Assembly (NCBI RefSeq): GCF_036365525.1
Contig: NC_090409.1
Location: 38,636,437-38,700,436 of the forward strand
Source of the DNA: Heterodontus francisci
Lineage: Eukaryota
Direction: 5' to 3'
Length of the DNA: 64,000 nt
In this document: positions 25,040 through 37,862 of the stretch, piece by piece
Layout: each line of letters opens with the position of its first letter
Position numbering within the stretch: position 1 is the first letter of the stretch
The notes under the pieces: generated by a model
Database searches by the model: none
What the model was told of the DNA's origin: nothing
The model's input: the letters and a program-made list of their open reading frames with translations, nothing else
Position numbers and translations under genes: made by a program

Positions 25040-26780
25040 GTATCTTCTTTCTTTGGCCTCCTTATCTCGAGAGACAATGGGTAAGCGACTGGAGGTGGTC
25101 AGTGGTTTGTGAAGCAACGCCTGGAGTGGCTATAAAGGCCAATTCTAGAGTGACAGACTCTTCCACAGGAGCTGCAGATAAATTTGTTTGTCGGGGCTGT
25201 TACACAGTTGGCTCTCCCCTTGCGCTTCTGTCTTTTTTCCTACCAACTACTAAGTCTCTTCGACTCGCCACACTTTAGCCCCGCCTTTATGACTGCCCGC
25301 CAGCTCTGGCGAACGCTGGCAACTGACTCCCACGACTTGTGATCAATGTCACAGGACTTCATGTCGCGTTTGCAGACGTCTTTAAAGCGGAGACATGGAC
25401 GGCCAGTGGGTCTGATACCAGTGACGAGCTCGCTGTACAATGTGTCTTTGGGGATCCTGCCATCTTCCATGCGGCTCACATGGTCAAGCCATCTCAAGTG
25501 CCGCTGACTCAGTAGTGTGTATATGCTGGGGATGTTGGCCGCCTCGAGGACTTCTGTGTTGGAGATACGGTCGTGCCACCTGATGCCAAGGATTCTCCGG
25601 AGGCAGCGAAGATCGAATGAGTTGAGACGTCGCTCTTGGCTGACATACGTTGTCCAGGCCTCGCTGCCGTAGAGCAAGGTACTGAGGACACAGGCCTGAT
25701 ACACTCAGACTTTTGTGTTCCGTGTCAGTGCGCCATTTTCCCACACTCTCTTGGCCAGTCTGGACATAGCAGTGGAAGCCTTTTCCATGAGCTTGTTGAT
25801 TTCTGCATCGAGAGACAGGTTACTGGTGATAGTTGAGCCGAGGTAGGTGAACTCTTGAACCACTTCCAGAGCGTGGTCGCCGATATTGATGGATGGAGCA
25901 TTTCTGACGTCCTGCCCCATGATGTTCGTTTTCTTGAGGCTGATAGTTAGGCCAAATTTGTTGCAGACAGCCGCAATCCTGTCGATGAGACTCTGCAGAC
26001 ACTCTTCAGTGTGAGATGTTAATGCAGCATCATCAGCAAAGCGGAGTTTCCTGATGAGGACCTTCCGTACTTTGGTCTTCGCTCTTAGACGGGCAAGGTT
26101 GAACAACCTGCCCCCTGATCTTGTATGGAGGAAAATTCCTTCTTCTGAAGACTTGAACGCATGTGAGAGCAGCAGGGAGAAGAAGATCCCAAACAGTGTG
26201 GGTGCGAGAACACAGCCCTGTTTCACACCACTCAGGATAGGAAAGGGGTCTGCTGAGGCGCCGCTATGCTGAATTGTGCCTTTCATATTGTCATGGAATG
26301 AGGTGATGATACTTAGTAGCTTTGGCGGACATCCGATCTTTTCTAGTAGTCTGAAGAGACCACGTCTGCTGACGAGGTCAACAGCTTTGGTGAGATCAAT
26401 GAAAGCAACGTAGAGGGGCATCTGTTGTTCACGGTATTTCTCTGGCGGAGGGAGAACAGCATGTCAATGGTGGATCTCTTTGCTCGAAAGCCACACTGTG
26501 CCTCAGGGTAGACGCGCTCAGCCAGCTTCTGGAGCCTGTTTAAAGCGACTCGAACGAAGACTTTCCCCTCTATGCTGAGCAGGGAGATTCCACGGTAGTT
26601 GTTGCAGTCACCGCGGTCACCCTTGTTCTTATAGAGGGTGATGATATTGGCATCGCGCATGTCCTGTGGTACTGCTCCCTCATCCCAGCACAGGCAAAGC
26701 AGTTCATGGAGTGCTGAGAGTATAACAGGCTTGGCACTCTTGATTATTTCAGGAGTAACGGCGTCCTTTCCAGGGGCTTT
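25040..26780 (-). mobile_element. RTE LINE, 3' half (RT domain and 3' end)
   Basis: NYRGISLL, FIDLTKA, GVKQGCVLAP and FADD motifs; (AAG)-type tail near 25045. Confidence 0.92.
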
Positions 26781-27324
26781 CCAGGGACAGCAAGTATAGG
26801 ACATGAAAAAGTCTCCAGTCTGACCTTGACTAGTATAAACTTTACAGATTAATCTGTTTTGTCGACTATAAGAACTTTGAAAGGAACTGTTAAGAAAAGA
26901 GAGATCCGCTGAATAAGAATAATACAATAAATACTCTTCTTGTCTCAAAAAAAGTTTCCACACATTATTATTAAAGGGCAACTTCTGCAAACAGGATATT
27001 TTTGACACAGAGAAAAATCACCTGCAATTATCCCTTTAAAAAAAGTTCCTTGATGGGGTTTCCCCCACTGTGGCGAGGAGTAAATAACAGACTAGTTCAA
27101 AGGACAACTCCCCAGCTGTGGTAAACTAGCTGCCCTTAGCCTCTCAGGATTGAGGTCTGAATAAGGTCCTCAGCACCAGTAGGGAGTTTGGTGGTGGTAG
27201 GGAAGGGGAGAGCTGGGTACTGGAGTTAATCACCCAGGGCTCCCCTTCTCCTGTGGCCCCAATGACACATGCACAGGATCGTGCTTGGCCGTGACGCTCC
27301 CAAGGTCGAGCAGCCTGTTAATTA

Positions 27325-28222
27325 CAGCCGTGGTTCAGTTGGGAAATGCTCTTTCACCTCTAAGCCAGAAGCTCGGGGAGCGCACTCCGGAGACTTGACT
27401 GCAGCATTCAGGCTGATGCCCCCAGTACAGTACTGAGGGAGTGCCGCACTGTCGGAGGGATGGTACTGAGGGAGGGCCGCACTGTCGGAGGGTCAGTACT
27501 GAGGGAGTGCTGCACTGTCGGAGGGTCGGTACTGAGGGAGTGCTGCACTGTCGGAGGGTCAGTACTGAGGGAGTGCGCACTGTCGGAGGGTCAGTACTGA
27601 GGGAGTGCCGCACTGTCGGAGGGATGGTACTGAGGGAGGGCCGCACTGTCGGAGGGTCAGTACTGAGGGAGTGCTGCACTGTCGGAGGGTCGGTACTGAG
27701 GGAGTGCTGCACTGTCGGAGGGTCGGTACTGAGGGAGTGCCGCACTGTCGGAGGGTCAGTACTGAGGGAGTGCCGCACTGTCGGAGGGTCAGTGCTGAGG
27801 GAGTGCTGCACTGTCAGAGGGTCAGTACTGAGGGAGTGCGCACTGTCGGAGGGTCAGTACTGAGGGAGTGCCGCACTGTCGGAGGGTCAGTATTGAGGGA
27901 GTGCCGCACGATCAGAGGGTCAGTACTGAGGGAGTGCGCACTGTCGGAGGGTCAGTACTGAGGGAGTGCCGCACTGTCAGAGGGTCAGTACTGAGGGAGT
28001 GCGCACTGTCGGAGGGTCAGTACTGAGGGAGTGCCGCACTGTCGGAGGGTCAGTACTGAGGGAGTGCGCACTGACGGAGGGTCAGTACTGAGGGAGTGCG
28101 CACTGTCGGAGGGTCAGTACTGAGGGAGTGCCGCACTGTCGGAGGGTCAGTATTGAGGGAGTGCCGCACTGTCGGAGGGTCAGTACTGAGGTCGTGCCGC
28201 ACTGTCGGAGGGTCAGTACTGT
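27325..28222 (+). mobile_element. Deu-type SINE head plus ~24 copies of the 33-bp unit (body missing)
   Basis: A-box-like GTGGTTCAGTTGG, then array 27428-28220. Confidence 0.8.
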
Positions 28223-28377
28223 GGCAGAGTGTAGAAGGTTATTTACTCTTTACCTGAGCAGTATAGAGGGAGCTTTACTTTGTATTTAACCCCTGCTGTA
28301 GCTGCCCTGGGAGTGTTTGATGGGGGAATTTTTTCTGTTGTGTTGGGATGTGGCTAACACAGAAGATGGCATAAATC

Positions 28378-29220
28378 CTTTTTTTCATTCGTACATGGGA
28401 TGTGGGCGTCGCTGACCGGGCCAGCATTTATTGCCCATCCCAAATTGCCCTTGAGAAGGTGGTGGTGAGCTGCCTTCTTGAACCACTGCAGTCCATGTGG
28501 GGTAGGTACACCCACAGTGCTGTTAGGAAGGGAGTTCCAGGATTTTGACCCAGCGACAGTGAAGGAACGGCGATATAGTTCCAAGTCAGGATGGTGTGTG
28601 ACTTGGAGGGGAACTTGCAGGTGGTGGTGTTCCCATGTATCTGCTGCCCTTGTCCTTCTAGGTGGTAGAGGTCACGGGTTTGGAAGGTGCTGTCGAAGGA
28701 GCCTTGGTGCATTGCTGCAGTGCATCTTGTAGATGGTACACACTGCTGCCACTGTGCGTCGGTGGTGGAGGGAGTGAATGTTTGTAGATGGGGTGCCAAT
28801 CAAGTGGGCTGCTTTGTCCTGGATGGTGTCGAGCTTCTTGAGTGTTGTTGGAGCTGCACCCATCCAGGCAAGTGGAGAGTATTCCATCACACTCCTGACT
28901 TGTGCCTTGTAGATGGTGGACAGGCTTTGGGGAGTCAGGAGGTGAGTTACTCGCCACAGGATTCCCAGCCTCTGACCTGCTCTTGTAGCCACGGTATTTA
29001 TATGGCTACTCCAGTTCAGTTTCTGGTCAATGGTAACCCCCAGGATGTTGATAGTGGGGGATTCATCGATGGTAATGCCGTTGAATGTCAAGGGGAGATG
29101 GTTAGATTCTCTCTTGTTGGAGATGGTCATTGCCTGGCACTTGTGTGGCGCGAATGTTACTTGCCACTTATCAGCCTAAGTCTGGATATTGTCCGGGTCT
29201 TGCTTCATCTGGACATGGAC
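28378..29220 (-). mobile_element. Non-LTR retrotransposon 3' fragment (CR1/L2 group; IYKAQVRSVMEY family)
   Basis: ORF 28672-29130; SWNSLP motif; shared 3' end GGGCAATAAATGCTGG. Confidence 0.88.
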
Positions 29221-29890
29221 TGGAAGCTGAGATCAGCATCGGGGACGTAGAGCGTGGCTACCCAACCCGAACCCGACGGGACCCGACGAAATGCGTCGGG
29301 TTTGGGTCAGGTCAGGTCTCTCTTGTGGGTCCACAATTCAGGCTCGTGCTGGGTTGGGTGTGGACAGAGATCAGGACAAATTGAAATCAGAGGTGAGAAG
29401 CGTTGGGGGTCGGGGGGTGGTGGGGGGGGGGGAGAAAGAAACAGTTACAAGTTCTGACATAAAGCGCCCGAGTGAAATTAACCTAACTCCTTCCACTCTG
29501 AAATCTATCAAGTCCGGGAGAAAGTGACAAGCCAGGGGAAGATACCAGTAACTGCAGTAAGTACAGAAACATCAACTGAGTTCCTGCTTTCATCTGTACT
29601 TGGCCCAAGGATTTCAAATTATCTGGAAATTGGGAGATTAAGCTTCCCAACCTGAGTTCCCCACAGAGATTTTTTTTTTTTGTGAATGACATCGGAATTT
29701 GATACAGCTCAGAAGCTTGTTCGTTACATTGCGTGATTTCCTGAAGTGGATACGTCTTTTCCCCACGGGTGCTCAGGGTCTTGGTGCCTTCGCCTGTTTG
29801 AAATCAGTGTTTGTTGGGTTTTTTTGAACTTTATGATGTTAATTGAACACGGGTACATCAACAACTGGTACCTGTACTCGAACATTGGTC

Positions 29891-30027
29891 TAAAGTCTGG
29901 CTACCCGACCAAACCCAAATACGTGTGTCGGGTGCGGGTCAGGTCGGGCACTGAAAAAAATTATAAAGGCCTCATGCCCGGGAGGTGGGGGGGGGGCGGT
30001 TTTAATTTTATACCCAAGCCAGGTTCT
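29891..30027. mobile_element. Putative MITE with imperfect ~12-bp TIRs; related piece at 29248-29360
   Basis: TAAAGTCTGGCT...AGCCAGGTTCTA; internal ACCCGA/TCGGGT repeats. Confidence 0.45.
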
Positions 30028-30199
30028 AAAGGGACATAATTATCTTGGGATGAAACTTTTGTGCAGCTTGCATAGCAGTTCACTGCAACTGTTGTCAATT
30101 CTGAATCCCTCTCTCTGAAGTGTGGGAAGGAAAGCTTGTTCATTGATAGAAGAAAGAGTTAAAAATCTGTCGACGAACTGGGAACAGTGAGAGTTTGAG

Positions 30200-30361
30200 A
30201 ACCACACCTCCCTCTACAGCCACACAGACAGCATATCCGCTTAGTGTATTCACAGCTGAAATATGTCTTGTGAGTATTAACCTGACTTGCAGGCTTGTGT
30301 CAGATTAGTGACTGCTGTGTTCGACCTGTCTCTCTGCAGTGTTTGATACCCAGTCTTCAGG
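30200..30361 (+). other. Candidate 5' non-coding exon of the B7-family gene (start uncertain)
   Basis: Consensus donor CAGG|GTAAGT at 30362 in unique sequence; the ATG exon opens right after an acceptor, so an upstream exon is expected; in-frame TGA upstream means it would be non-coding. Confidence 0.4.
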
Positions 30362-30462
30362 GTAAGTGAGACTCTCCAAGTATTTTAACCACACTGTCTT
30401 TTCGGTAGTTGGCTACCAAAGTTAGACTCACAGTTGTGAACTTTCCTTGTCTGGGTCAGTTC

Positions 30463-31370
30463 NNNNNNNNNNNNNNNNNNNNNNNNNNNNNNNNNNNNNN
30501 NNNNNNNNNNNNNNNNNNNNNNNNNNNNNNNNNNNNNNNNNNNNNNNNNNNNNNNNNNNNNNNNNNNNNNNNNNNNNNNNNNNNNNNNNNNNCTCTTTCA
30601 GTCTCTCTCTCTCTGCCTTTCTGTCTCTTTNNNNNNNNNNNNNNNNNNNNNNNNNNNNNNNNNNNNNNNNNNNNNNNNNNNNNNNNNNNNNNNNNNNNNN
30701 NNNNNNNNNNNNNNNNNNNNNNNNNNNNNNNNNNNNNNNNNNNNNNNNNNNNNNNNNNNNNNNNNNNNNNNNNNNNNNNNNNNNNNNNNNNNNNNNNNNN
30801 NNNNNNNNNNNNNNNNNNNNNNNNNNNNNNNNNNNNNNNNNNNNNNNNNNNNNNNNNNNNNNNNNNNNNNNNNNNNNNNNNNNNNNNNNNNNNNNNNNNN
30901 NNNNNNNNNNNNNNNNNNNNNNNNNNNNNNNNNNNNNNNNNNNNNNNNNNNNNNNNNNNNNNNNNNNNNNNNNNNNNNNNNNNNNNNNNNNNNNNNNNNN
31001 NNNNNNNNNNNNNNNNNNNNNNNNNNNNNNNNNNNNNNNNNNNNNNNNNNNNNNNNNNNNNNNNNNNNNNNNNNNNNNNNNNNNNNNNNNNNNNNNNNNN
31101 NNNNNNNNNNNNNNNNNNNNNNNNNNNNNNNNNNNNNNNNNNNNNNNNNNNNNNNNNNNNNNNNNNNNNNNNNNNNNNNNNNNNNNNNNNNNNNNNNNNN
31201 NNNNNNNNNNNNNNNNNNNNNNNNNNNNNNNNNNNNNNNNNNNNNNNNNNNNNNNNNNNNNNNNNNNNNNNNNNNNNNNNNNNNNNNNNNNNNNNNNNNN
31301 NNNNNNNNNNNNNNNNNNNNNNNNNNNNNNNNNNNNNNNNNNNNNNNNNNNNNNNNNNNNNNNNNNNNNN
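30463..31370. other. Assembly gaps (N 30463-30592 and 30631-31370)
   Basis: N runs. Confidence 1.
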
Positions 31371-31559
31371 CTGTGTATCTTGAAGGATGGAAGCCTCCTA
31401 TCTTGAACTCAAAGGGAAATTTAGAAAGAATGCTCCGGAGAAAAGACAGTCATGGAAGTTAAGAGCTGTGCTCACTTTCTTCTGATCTCTGCACACCCAG
31501 TGCAGAACAGGACCACAAAGAGGAACCCTGCGCAGTTCTGGTCTCCATCTCATGAAAAT

Positions 31560-32065
31560 ATTAGTGGATGACACTAAATTTCAATTGGGAGAGGGTGTCG
31601 TTAATAAAGAGGAGGACAGCGAACAAATAAACTTACAGAACGGGAGTGTAATTAACAAATGGATTTCAATATGTATCAGTGTGAGGTGGTATATTGTGGC
31701 AGTAACTGTAAGGAGTGTCACATAGTTTAGTTAATAAATGTCGAAATGAGGTAAGGATTGGAGAGATCAGGGAGTAGAGATACACCGATCACTAACAGTT
31801 GTGATACAAGTTAATAAAGCTATAAAAAAAAAGCAAACACAGCATTGAGGTTCATATCTACAGGGATAGAATTGTTAATCGGACACATTATGTTAAACTT
31901 GTATCAAACCTTGGTTAGACTACACTTGGAACACAGATCTGGTCTCCATATTTTGGAAAGGATATAGAGGCACTGGAGAAGCTGCCAATAAAATGTCCAA
32001 AGATGTTATCAGGACTCAGCAGTTATAACTATCAGGAAAGACTGAACAGGCTGTTTCTCTAGAAA
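31560..32065 (+). mobile_element. Old, decayed CR1 fragment
   Basis: Remnants GATGACACTAAA and GTTAAACTTGTATCAAACCTTGGTTAGAC. Confidence 0.65.
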
Positions 32066-32434
32066 TAATGGTTTGAAATGTTTTTAAACTTGTCAGATCC
32101 TTGGCTCCAGCTTCTGTGTGGATTGTGTTTTTGGGAGATTACCGAAAGCCACGATGGGATTTCCTACATTGTTTCGAGCACACTCTTTATTGGGGATGAC
32201 TGGGGAACACTGCAAAGGGACAAGAGGAGGCCTTTCATGAGCTGTTTATCACAAGCAGATTTGCAGATTATTGGCTGGTGCTTAGTTTATGATTAAGAAC
32301 AGCAATTGGCAAAGATCGAGAGTTTATGTTTGGCATTTACTGATGCATGTAAACAATTATAATTCTATCCTTTTTTTGTGCAAAGTTGGAGCACACATAC
32401 AGGCCATTTGTTCCAGCAGACCAATACTGGAGTG

Positions 32435-33500
32435 TTTTTTTAATTCATTCATGGGATGTGGGCGTCACTGGCCAGACCAGCATTTATTGCCCATCCCTAA
32501 TTGCCCTTGAGAAGGTGGTGGTGAGCTGCCTTCTTGAACCGCTGCAGTCCATGTGGGGTAGGTACACCCACAGTGCTGTTAGGGAGGGAGTTCCAGGATT
32601 TTGACCCAGCGACAGTGAAGGAACGGCGATATAGTTCCAAGTCAGGATGGTGTGTGACTTGGAGGGGAACTTGCAGGTGGTGGTGTTCCCATGCATCTGC
32701 TGCCCTTGTCCTTCTAGTTGGCAGCGGGTTTGGAAGGTGCTGTCGAAGGAGTCTTGGTGAGTTGCTGCAGTGCATCTTGTAGATGGTGCACACTGCTGCC
32801 ACTGTGCGTCGGTGGTGGAGGGAGTGAATGTTTGTAGATGGGGTGCCAATCAAGTGGGCTGCTTTGTCCTGGATGGTGTCGAGCTTCTTGAGTGTTGTTG
32901 GAGCTGCACCCATCCAGGCAAGTGGAGAGTATTCCATCACACTCCTGACTTGTGTCTTGTAGATAGTGGACAGGCTTTGGGGAGTCAGGAGGCGAGTTAC
33001 TCACTGCAGGATTCCCAGTCTCTGACCTGCTCTTGTAGTCACGGTATTTATATGGCTACTCCAGTTCAGTTTCTGGTCAATGGTAACCCCCAGGATGTTG
33101 ATAGTGGGGGATTCAGTGATGGTAATGCCATTGAATGTCAAGGGGAGATGGTTAGATTCTCTCTTGTTGGAGATGGTCATTGCCTGGCACTTGTGTGGTG
33201 CAAATGTTACTTGCCATTATCAGCCCAAGCCTGGATATTGTCCAGGTCTTGCTGCATTTCTGCACAGACTGCTTCAGTATCTGAGGAGTCACGAATGGTG
33301 TTGAACATTGTGCAATCATCAGCGAACATCCCCACTTCTGACCTTATGATTGAAGGAAGGTCATTGATGAAGCAGCTGAAGATGGTTGGGCCTAGGACAC
33401 TACCCTGAGGAACTCCTGCAGTGATGTCCTGGAGCTCAGATGATTGACCTCCAACAACCACAACCATCTTGCTTTGTGCTAGACATGACTCCAACCAATT
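32435..33500 (-). mobile_element. Non-LTR retrotransposon 3' part (IYKAQVRS family) with RT motifs
   Basis: [14 protein letters not shown] in ORF 33207-33494; ORF 32497-32940. Confidence 0.9.
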
Positions 33501-33961
33501 CTCGTAGAGTTCAGCTGGGCCTCAATGAATCTCTCTCTCTCTCTCTCTCTCTCTGTCGCATCACCTACTCTTGTTTCTCGTCCAATGCCCATGCACATGT
33601 GCATCACTGCATATTGATCAGGAGCAGAGATAATAACTGACATTCCCTACTCCCCTCTGCCCTCCCTTGTGAGCCCAGGGTGAGGAAGAGAGGGGTGATT
33701 GGGGGTGGGGCAGGGTGGAGGAAGGGGAAGCTTTATATCAGCCAGTGGGGCGACCAGAGAACAGGCACTACGATGCCCTTCATGGTCGAATAGCTTAACA
33801 GCATCTCCAGAGGAAAATTCCAGGTTGAGAAAGGCAGCGAAAGCACTGCCGGATGTGGAATTTGGCGACTGGGAAGACTCGTCCAAGAGAGAGCTTTACA
33901 TTAACTGAACCAAGCACTGTCCAAACCCAACATTAACAGACACTTTATCCTCTGTTTTAGG

Positions 33962-34013
33962 ATGAAGACACTATTTCTCAGGCTATTAATGTCAGTACTC
34001 AGTGCTGTAACAG
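33962..34013 (+). CDS. B7-family (ICOS-ligand-like) gene, signal-peptide exon
   Basis: Acceptor TCTGTTTTAG|G, then MKTLFLRLLMSVLSAVT; phase-1 donor G|GTAGGT is in frame with the IgV exon. Confidence 0.8.
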
Positions 34014-34069
34014 GTAGGTGTCTGACATTATCCTGTATTCTTTGCTGACAAGCTCAGAGTGGGGAAGTT

Positions 34070-34520
34070 GCCTGGAGAGACTGGAGAAGCTGGGATTGTT
34101 CTCCTTGGAGCAGAGAAGGTTAAGGGGGAGATTTAATCGAGGTGTTCAGAATCATGAGGGGGTTTTGATGGAGTAAATGAGGAGAAACTGTTCCCAGTGA
34201 CAGGAGGGTCGGTAACCAGAGGGACACAGATTGAGGATAATGGGTAAAAGAACCAGAGGGGGGGAGAGGAGGAGAATTTTTTTGACGCAGTGAGTTGTTG
34301 TGATCTGGAACGCGCTGCCTGAAAGGGCGGTGGAAGCAGATTCAATAGTAACTTTCAAAAGGGGGAATTGGGAGAAACACTGGAACGGGAAAAATTTGCA
34401 GGACGATGGGGGAAAGAGCAGGGGGGGGGAGAGTGGGATTAATTGGATAGATCTTTCAAAGAGCCAGCACAGGGATAATGGGCTGAATGGACTCCTCCTG
34501 TGCTGGATCATTCTATGAAG
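34070..34520 (+). mobile_element. CR1 3' fragment (intronic)
   Basis: LEKLGLFSLEQRR and IWNALPERAVEA motifs. Confidence 0.85.
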
Positions 34521-34651
34521 TGTAAAATCTTGACTGGTCTAGAATGACTATTATGGGATAGCATTGTCAGGGGTGGGGTCAAGGGAAAGAAATATCAGAC
34601 GGGGCGTATGACTGCAAGTTTTTCAGCCCCCTCTCACAAGATGTAACATCC

Positions 34652-35412
34652 TGAGGACAGTAAGAAACTAATTGCTGTGGCAGACACATCTTCAGGACAG
34701 TCAGAGACTAATTGCTGTGGCAGACACATCTTCAGGACAGTAAGAGACTAATTGCTGTGAGATACAGCATAAGGACAGTTACAGACTAATTGCTGTGGCA
34801 GACACATCTTCAGGACAGTCAGAGACTAATTGCTGTGAGACACATCGTCAGGACAGTAAGAGACTAATTGCTGTGAGACACATCTTCAGGACAGTAAGAG
34901 ACTAATTGCTGTGAGATACATCTTCAGGACAGTAAGAGACTAATTGCTGTGAGATACATCTTCAGGACAGTAAGAGACTAATTGCTGTGAGACACATCTT
35001 CAGGACAGTCAGAGACTAATTGCTGTGGCAGACACAGCTTCAGGACAGTCAGAGACTAATTGCTGTGGCAGACACATCTTCAGGACAGTCAGAGACTAAT
35101 TGCTGTGAGACACATCGTCAGGACAGTAAGAGACTAATTGCTGTGAGACACATCTTCAGGACAGTAAGAGACTAATTGCTGTGGCAGACACATCTTTAGG
35201 ACAGTAAGAGACTAATTGCTGTGAGATACAGCACAAGGACAGTCAGAGACTAATTGTGTGGCAGACACAGCTTCAGGACAGTAAGAGACCAATTGCTGTG
35301 AGATACAGCATAAGGGCAGTTAGAGGCTAATTGCTGTGAGACACAGCTTGAGGACAGTTAGAGACTAATTGCTGTGGCAAGCCCGTCTTCAGGACAGTTA
35401 GAGTCTAATTGT
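34652..35412. repeat. 38/40-bp minisatellite (intronic)
   Basis: Unit CAGGACAGTAAGAGACTAATTGCTGTG(GC)AGACACATCTT. Confidence 0.93.
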
Positions 35413-35984
35413 TTTCTTTGTATGGTAGCCCTTTTCACGCTACACCTAACTTCTTTTCCATGGAAACTTGGAGAGGAAGTATCTCTTCTCGTCTCCCCAG
35501 TGCCTGGGCCCACACTGATTAGTGAGGCTTGACCGGCTATTCGGCTATTGGTGCATCACCACTGAGTAAATCCTGTTCTCACCCAATGTCTGTGCACTTG
35601 TATATTGCCAGATATTGATTTGGAGCAGGGACCATGGCTGATTTCCATCCCCACAACCTCTGAACTTTGCGGCACCTTGATAGCGGGGGGATTCAGCGAT
35701 GGTAATGCCGTTGAATGTCAAGGGGAGATGGGTCGTCTCTCTCTCTTTCTCTCTTGTTAGACACAATCTCACAGGCCCACATTTAAGCAGCTAGCATTTG
35801 GCACTCAAGCTTATGCAGCTGTTTTCGATTGATGATTCCTTGGCCGTGTTGTGAGATTATGATGGGATGTAGAAATTCTTTACATCGTCCCACAGGCTTA
35901 GAAATGATAACAATTAAGCTTTCATGCATAATTGAATTCTGGGAGGAAAATGAGCCTCATTTCATCGAATCTGGTGATAATTGT

Positions 35985-36335
35985 GTGGCGGTGACATCAC
36001 TGGACTAGAAAACCAGACTTCTGGGATTGATGCCCTGCAAGATGAATTCCAAATCCTGGGAAACTTAACTAAATAAATCTGGGATGATGTGTGAAACTGT
36101 TGAATTGCAGTAAAAACCCATCTGGTTCGCTAATGTCCTTTAGGGAAGGAAATCTGCCGTCCTTACCTGGTCTGGCCGACATGTGACTCCAGACCCACAG
36201 CGATGTGGTTAACTCTGAACTGCGCTCTGAAATGGCCGAGCAAGACACTCACTTAATGTTCAAGAAGGAGGCTTGTCACCGCCTTCTTGAGGGCAATTTG
36301 GAGATGGGTAATAAATGCTGGCCTCGCCAGCGATA
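35985..36335 (+). mobile_element. SINE sharing its 3' tail with the IYKAQVRS LINE; second copy at 58020-58385 (-)
   Basis: Body GGAAGGAAATCTGCCGTCCTTACCTGGTCTGGCC...; tail GGGCAATT..GATGGG.AATAAATGCTGGCC. Confidence 0.7.
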
Positions 36336-36339
36336 CCCA

Positions 36340-36745
36340 GAAAACAGTCTCTGGGTTTCCCATGGATCCAGCCCCTCAGTTCAGCTTGGTGGGGGGACCT
36401 TACACTGTGGTCTTTCCCCATTGAGCCTTTGCTGCGGCTGCCCCAAGCTTTAGTGCGTCCCTCAGCGCGTAGTCCTGGACCTTGCAATGTGCCAGCCTGC
36501 AACATTCGGTGGTGGACAACTCTTTGCGCTGGAAGACCAGCAAGTTTCGGGCAGACCAAAGGGCGTCTTTCACCGAATTGATGGTCCTCCAGCAGCAGTT
36601 GATGTTTGTCTCGGTGTGCGTCCCTGGGAGCAGCCCGTGGAGCACAGACCCCTGTGTTACAGAGCTGCTCGGGATGAGCCTCGACAAAAACCACTGCATC
36701 TCTTTCCACACCTGCTTTGCGAAGACACATTCCAGGAAGATATCT
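36340..36745 (-). mobile_element. Tx1/L1-type ORF2 C-terminal fragment (different family)
   Basis: ORF 36400-36711 WKEMQWFLSRLIP...KDALWSARNLLVF resembles the region after zf-RVT. Confidence 0.7.
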
Positions 36746-36792
36746 GTACCGTCATTTTATTTTGAGTTTAATTGATTCCTCTTGCCTTGCAG

Positions 36793-37125
36793 TCTCTGAA
36801 TTAAAGGTCACTGGGACCCACAGGGGTGAAATCATCCTGCCATGCAGCAGTAAAGACAGATCTATCACAAGGGCTTACTGGCAGAAACAGACAAGCTCGG
36901 AACCACATGTGTTGAAAGCATTTTGCAAAACTCCACATAATGACTGCGAAAGGATCAGTCCTGCTTACATCAATCGATCAACCTTCACTGGCAATTTACA
37001 GCAGGGAAATTACTCTCTCAAACTCCGTGACCTCACACTCGCAGATGAAGGACATTACTACTGCGTGCTGCAAGGGGAGACGCAATGGATCGACACTGGC
37101 TGTAACATTGAGGTGAAAGTCGTAG
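36793..37125 (+). CDS. B7-family (ICOS-ligand-like) gene, IgV exon
   Basis: TTGCAG| acceptor and G|GTAAG donor, phase 1/1; V-set motifs ILPC, YWQ, YINR, GNYSLKL, DEGHYYC, EVKV. Confidence 0.93.
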
Positions 37126-37174
37126 GTAAGAGAGATTTAAGCCGTGGCTCTTTTTCCTCTAACTGGGGCTGAAA

Positions 37175-37600
37175 GGGTTAAGTTGCCAGGACAGGTTGCA
37201 CAGACTGGGCTTTGTATTCCCCTTGAGTGAAGAAGATTAAGGGGGTGATCGAATTGAGGGGGTCGATAGGGAGAAACCATTTCCTCTGTCGGGGGGAGAG
37301 TCCAGAACAAGGGGGTAGAACCTAAAAATTGGAACCAGCCCATTCAGGGGGTGATGCCAGGAAGCATTTCTTCACACAAAGGGCAGTGGGAATCTGCAAC
37401 TCCCTCCCCCCCCCCCCCCGAGAAAGCTTTCGAGGCCGGAGGGTGAATTGGAAATTTCCAAACTGAGACTGACGGATTTTTGTTGGGTGAGGGGATGAAG
37501 TTTACAGAACCAAGGTGGGGAGATGCCTCCTCTTGTCCCATGGGTCAAGACAGAACAGGGTCGAAGGGCTGAATGGCCCTCCTCCTATTCCTATATACCT
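37175..37600 (+). mobile_element. CR1 3' fragment (intronic)
   Basis: GAAGATTAAGGGGGTGATC and GGGCTGAATGGCC 3' motifs. Confidence 0.75.
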
Positions 37601-37862
37601 TTGTTTCCCCCCCCCACCCCCAGTGAAAGGAGCGAGTGTGCGGCTGCCAAGCGAGGGGGAAGCGCTGGGTGCGACGCCTCGCGCGGTCGAATAGCCCACC
37701 GCCAGCCGGCACTGAGGTGACTTAAAGCCAGGTGCGGGGAAGCTGCCAGAGCTGGGGGAGGACGCCAAACCAGAAGCGGAAGGGGGAGAGGAGGTGATGG
37801 GGGATGCTTTTTACCGGCAGGTCTGACACATGTTAACAGCTCGACTTTCTTTGAATCGGAAG

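Noticed and set aside
13033-26780. RTE 5' piece and RTE 3' piece as one split element
   Set aside because: Both are on the minus strand but in the wrong order for a single element
30409-31406. Long ORFs of X residues
   Set aside because: They span assembly gaps
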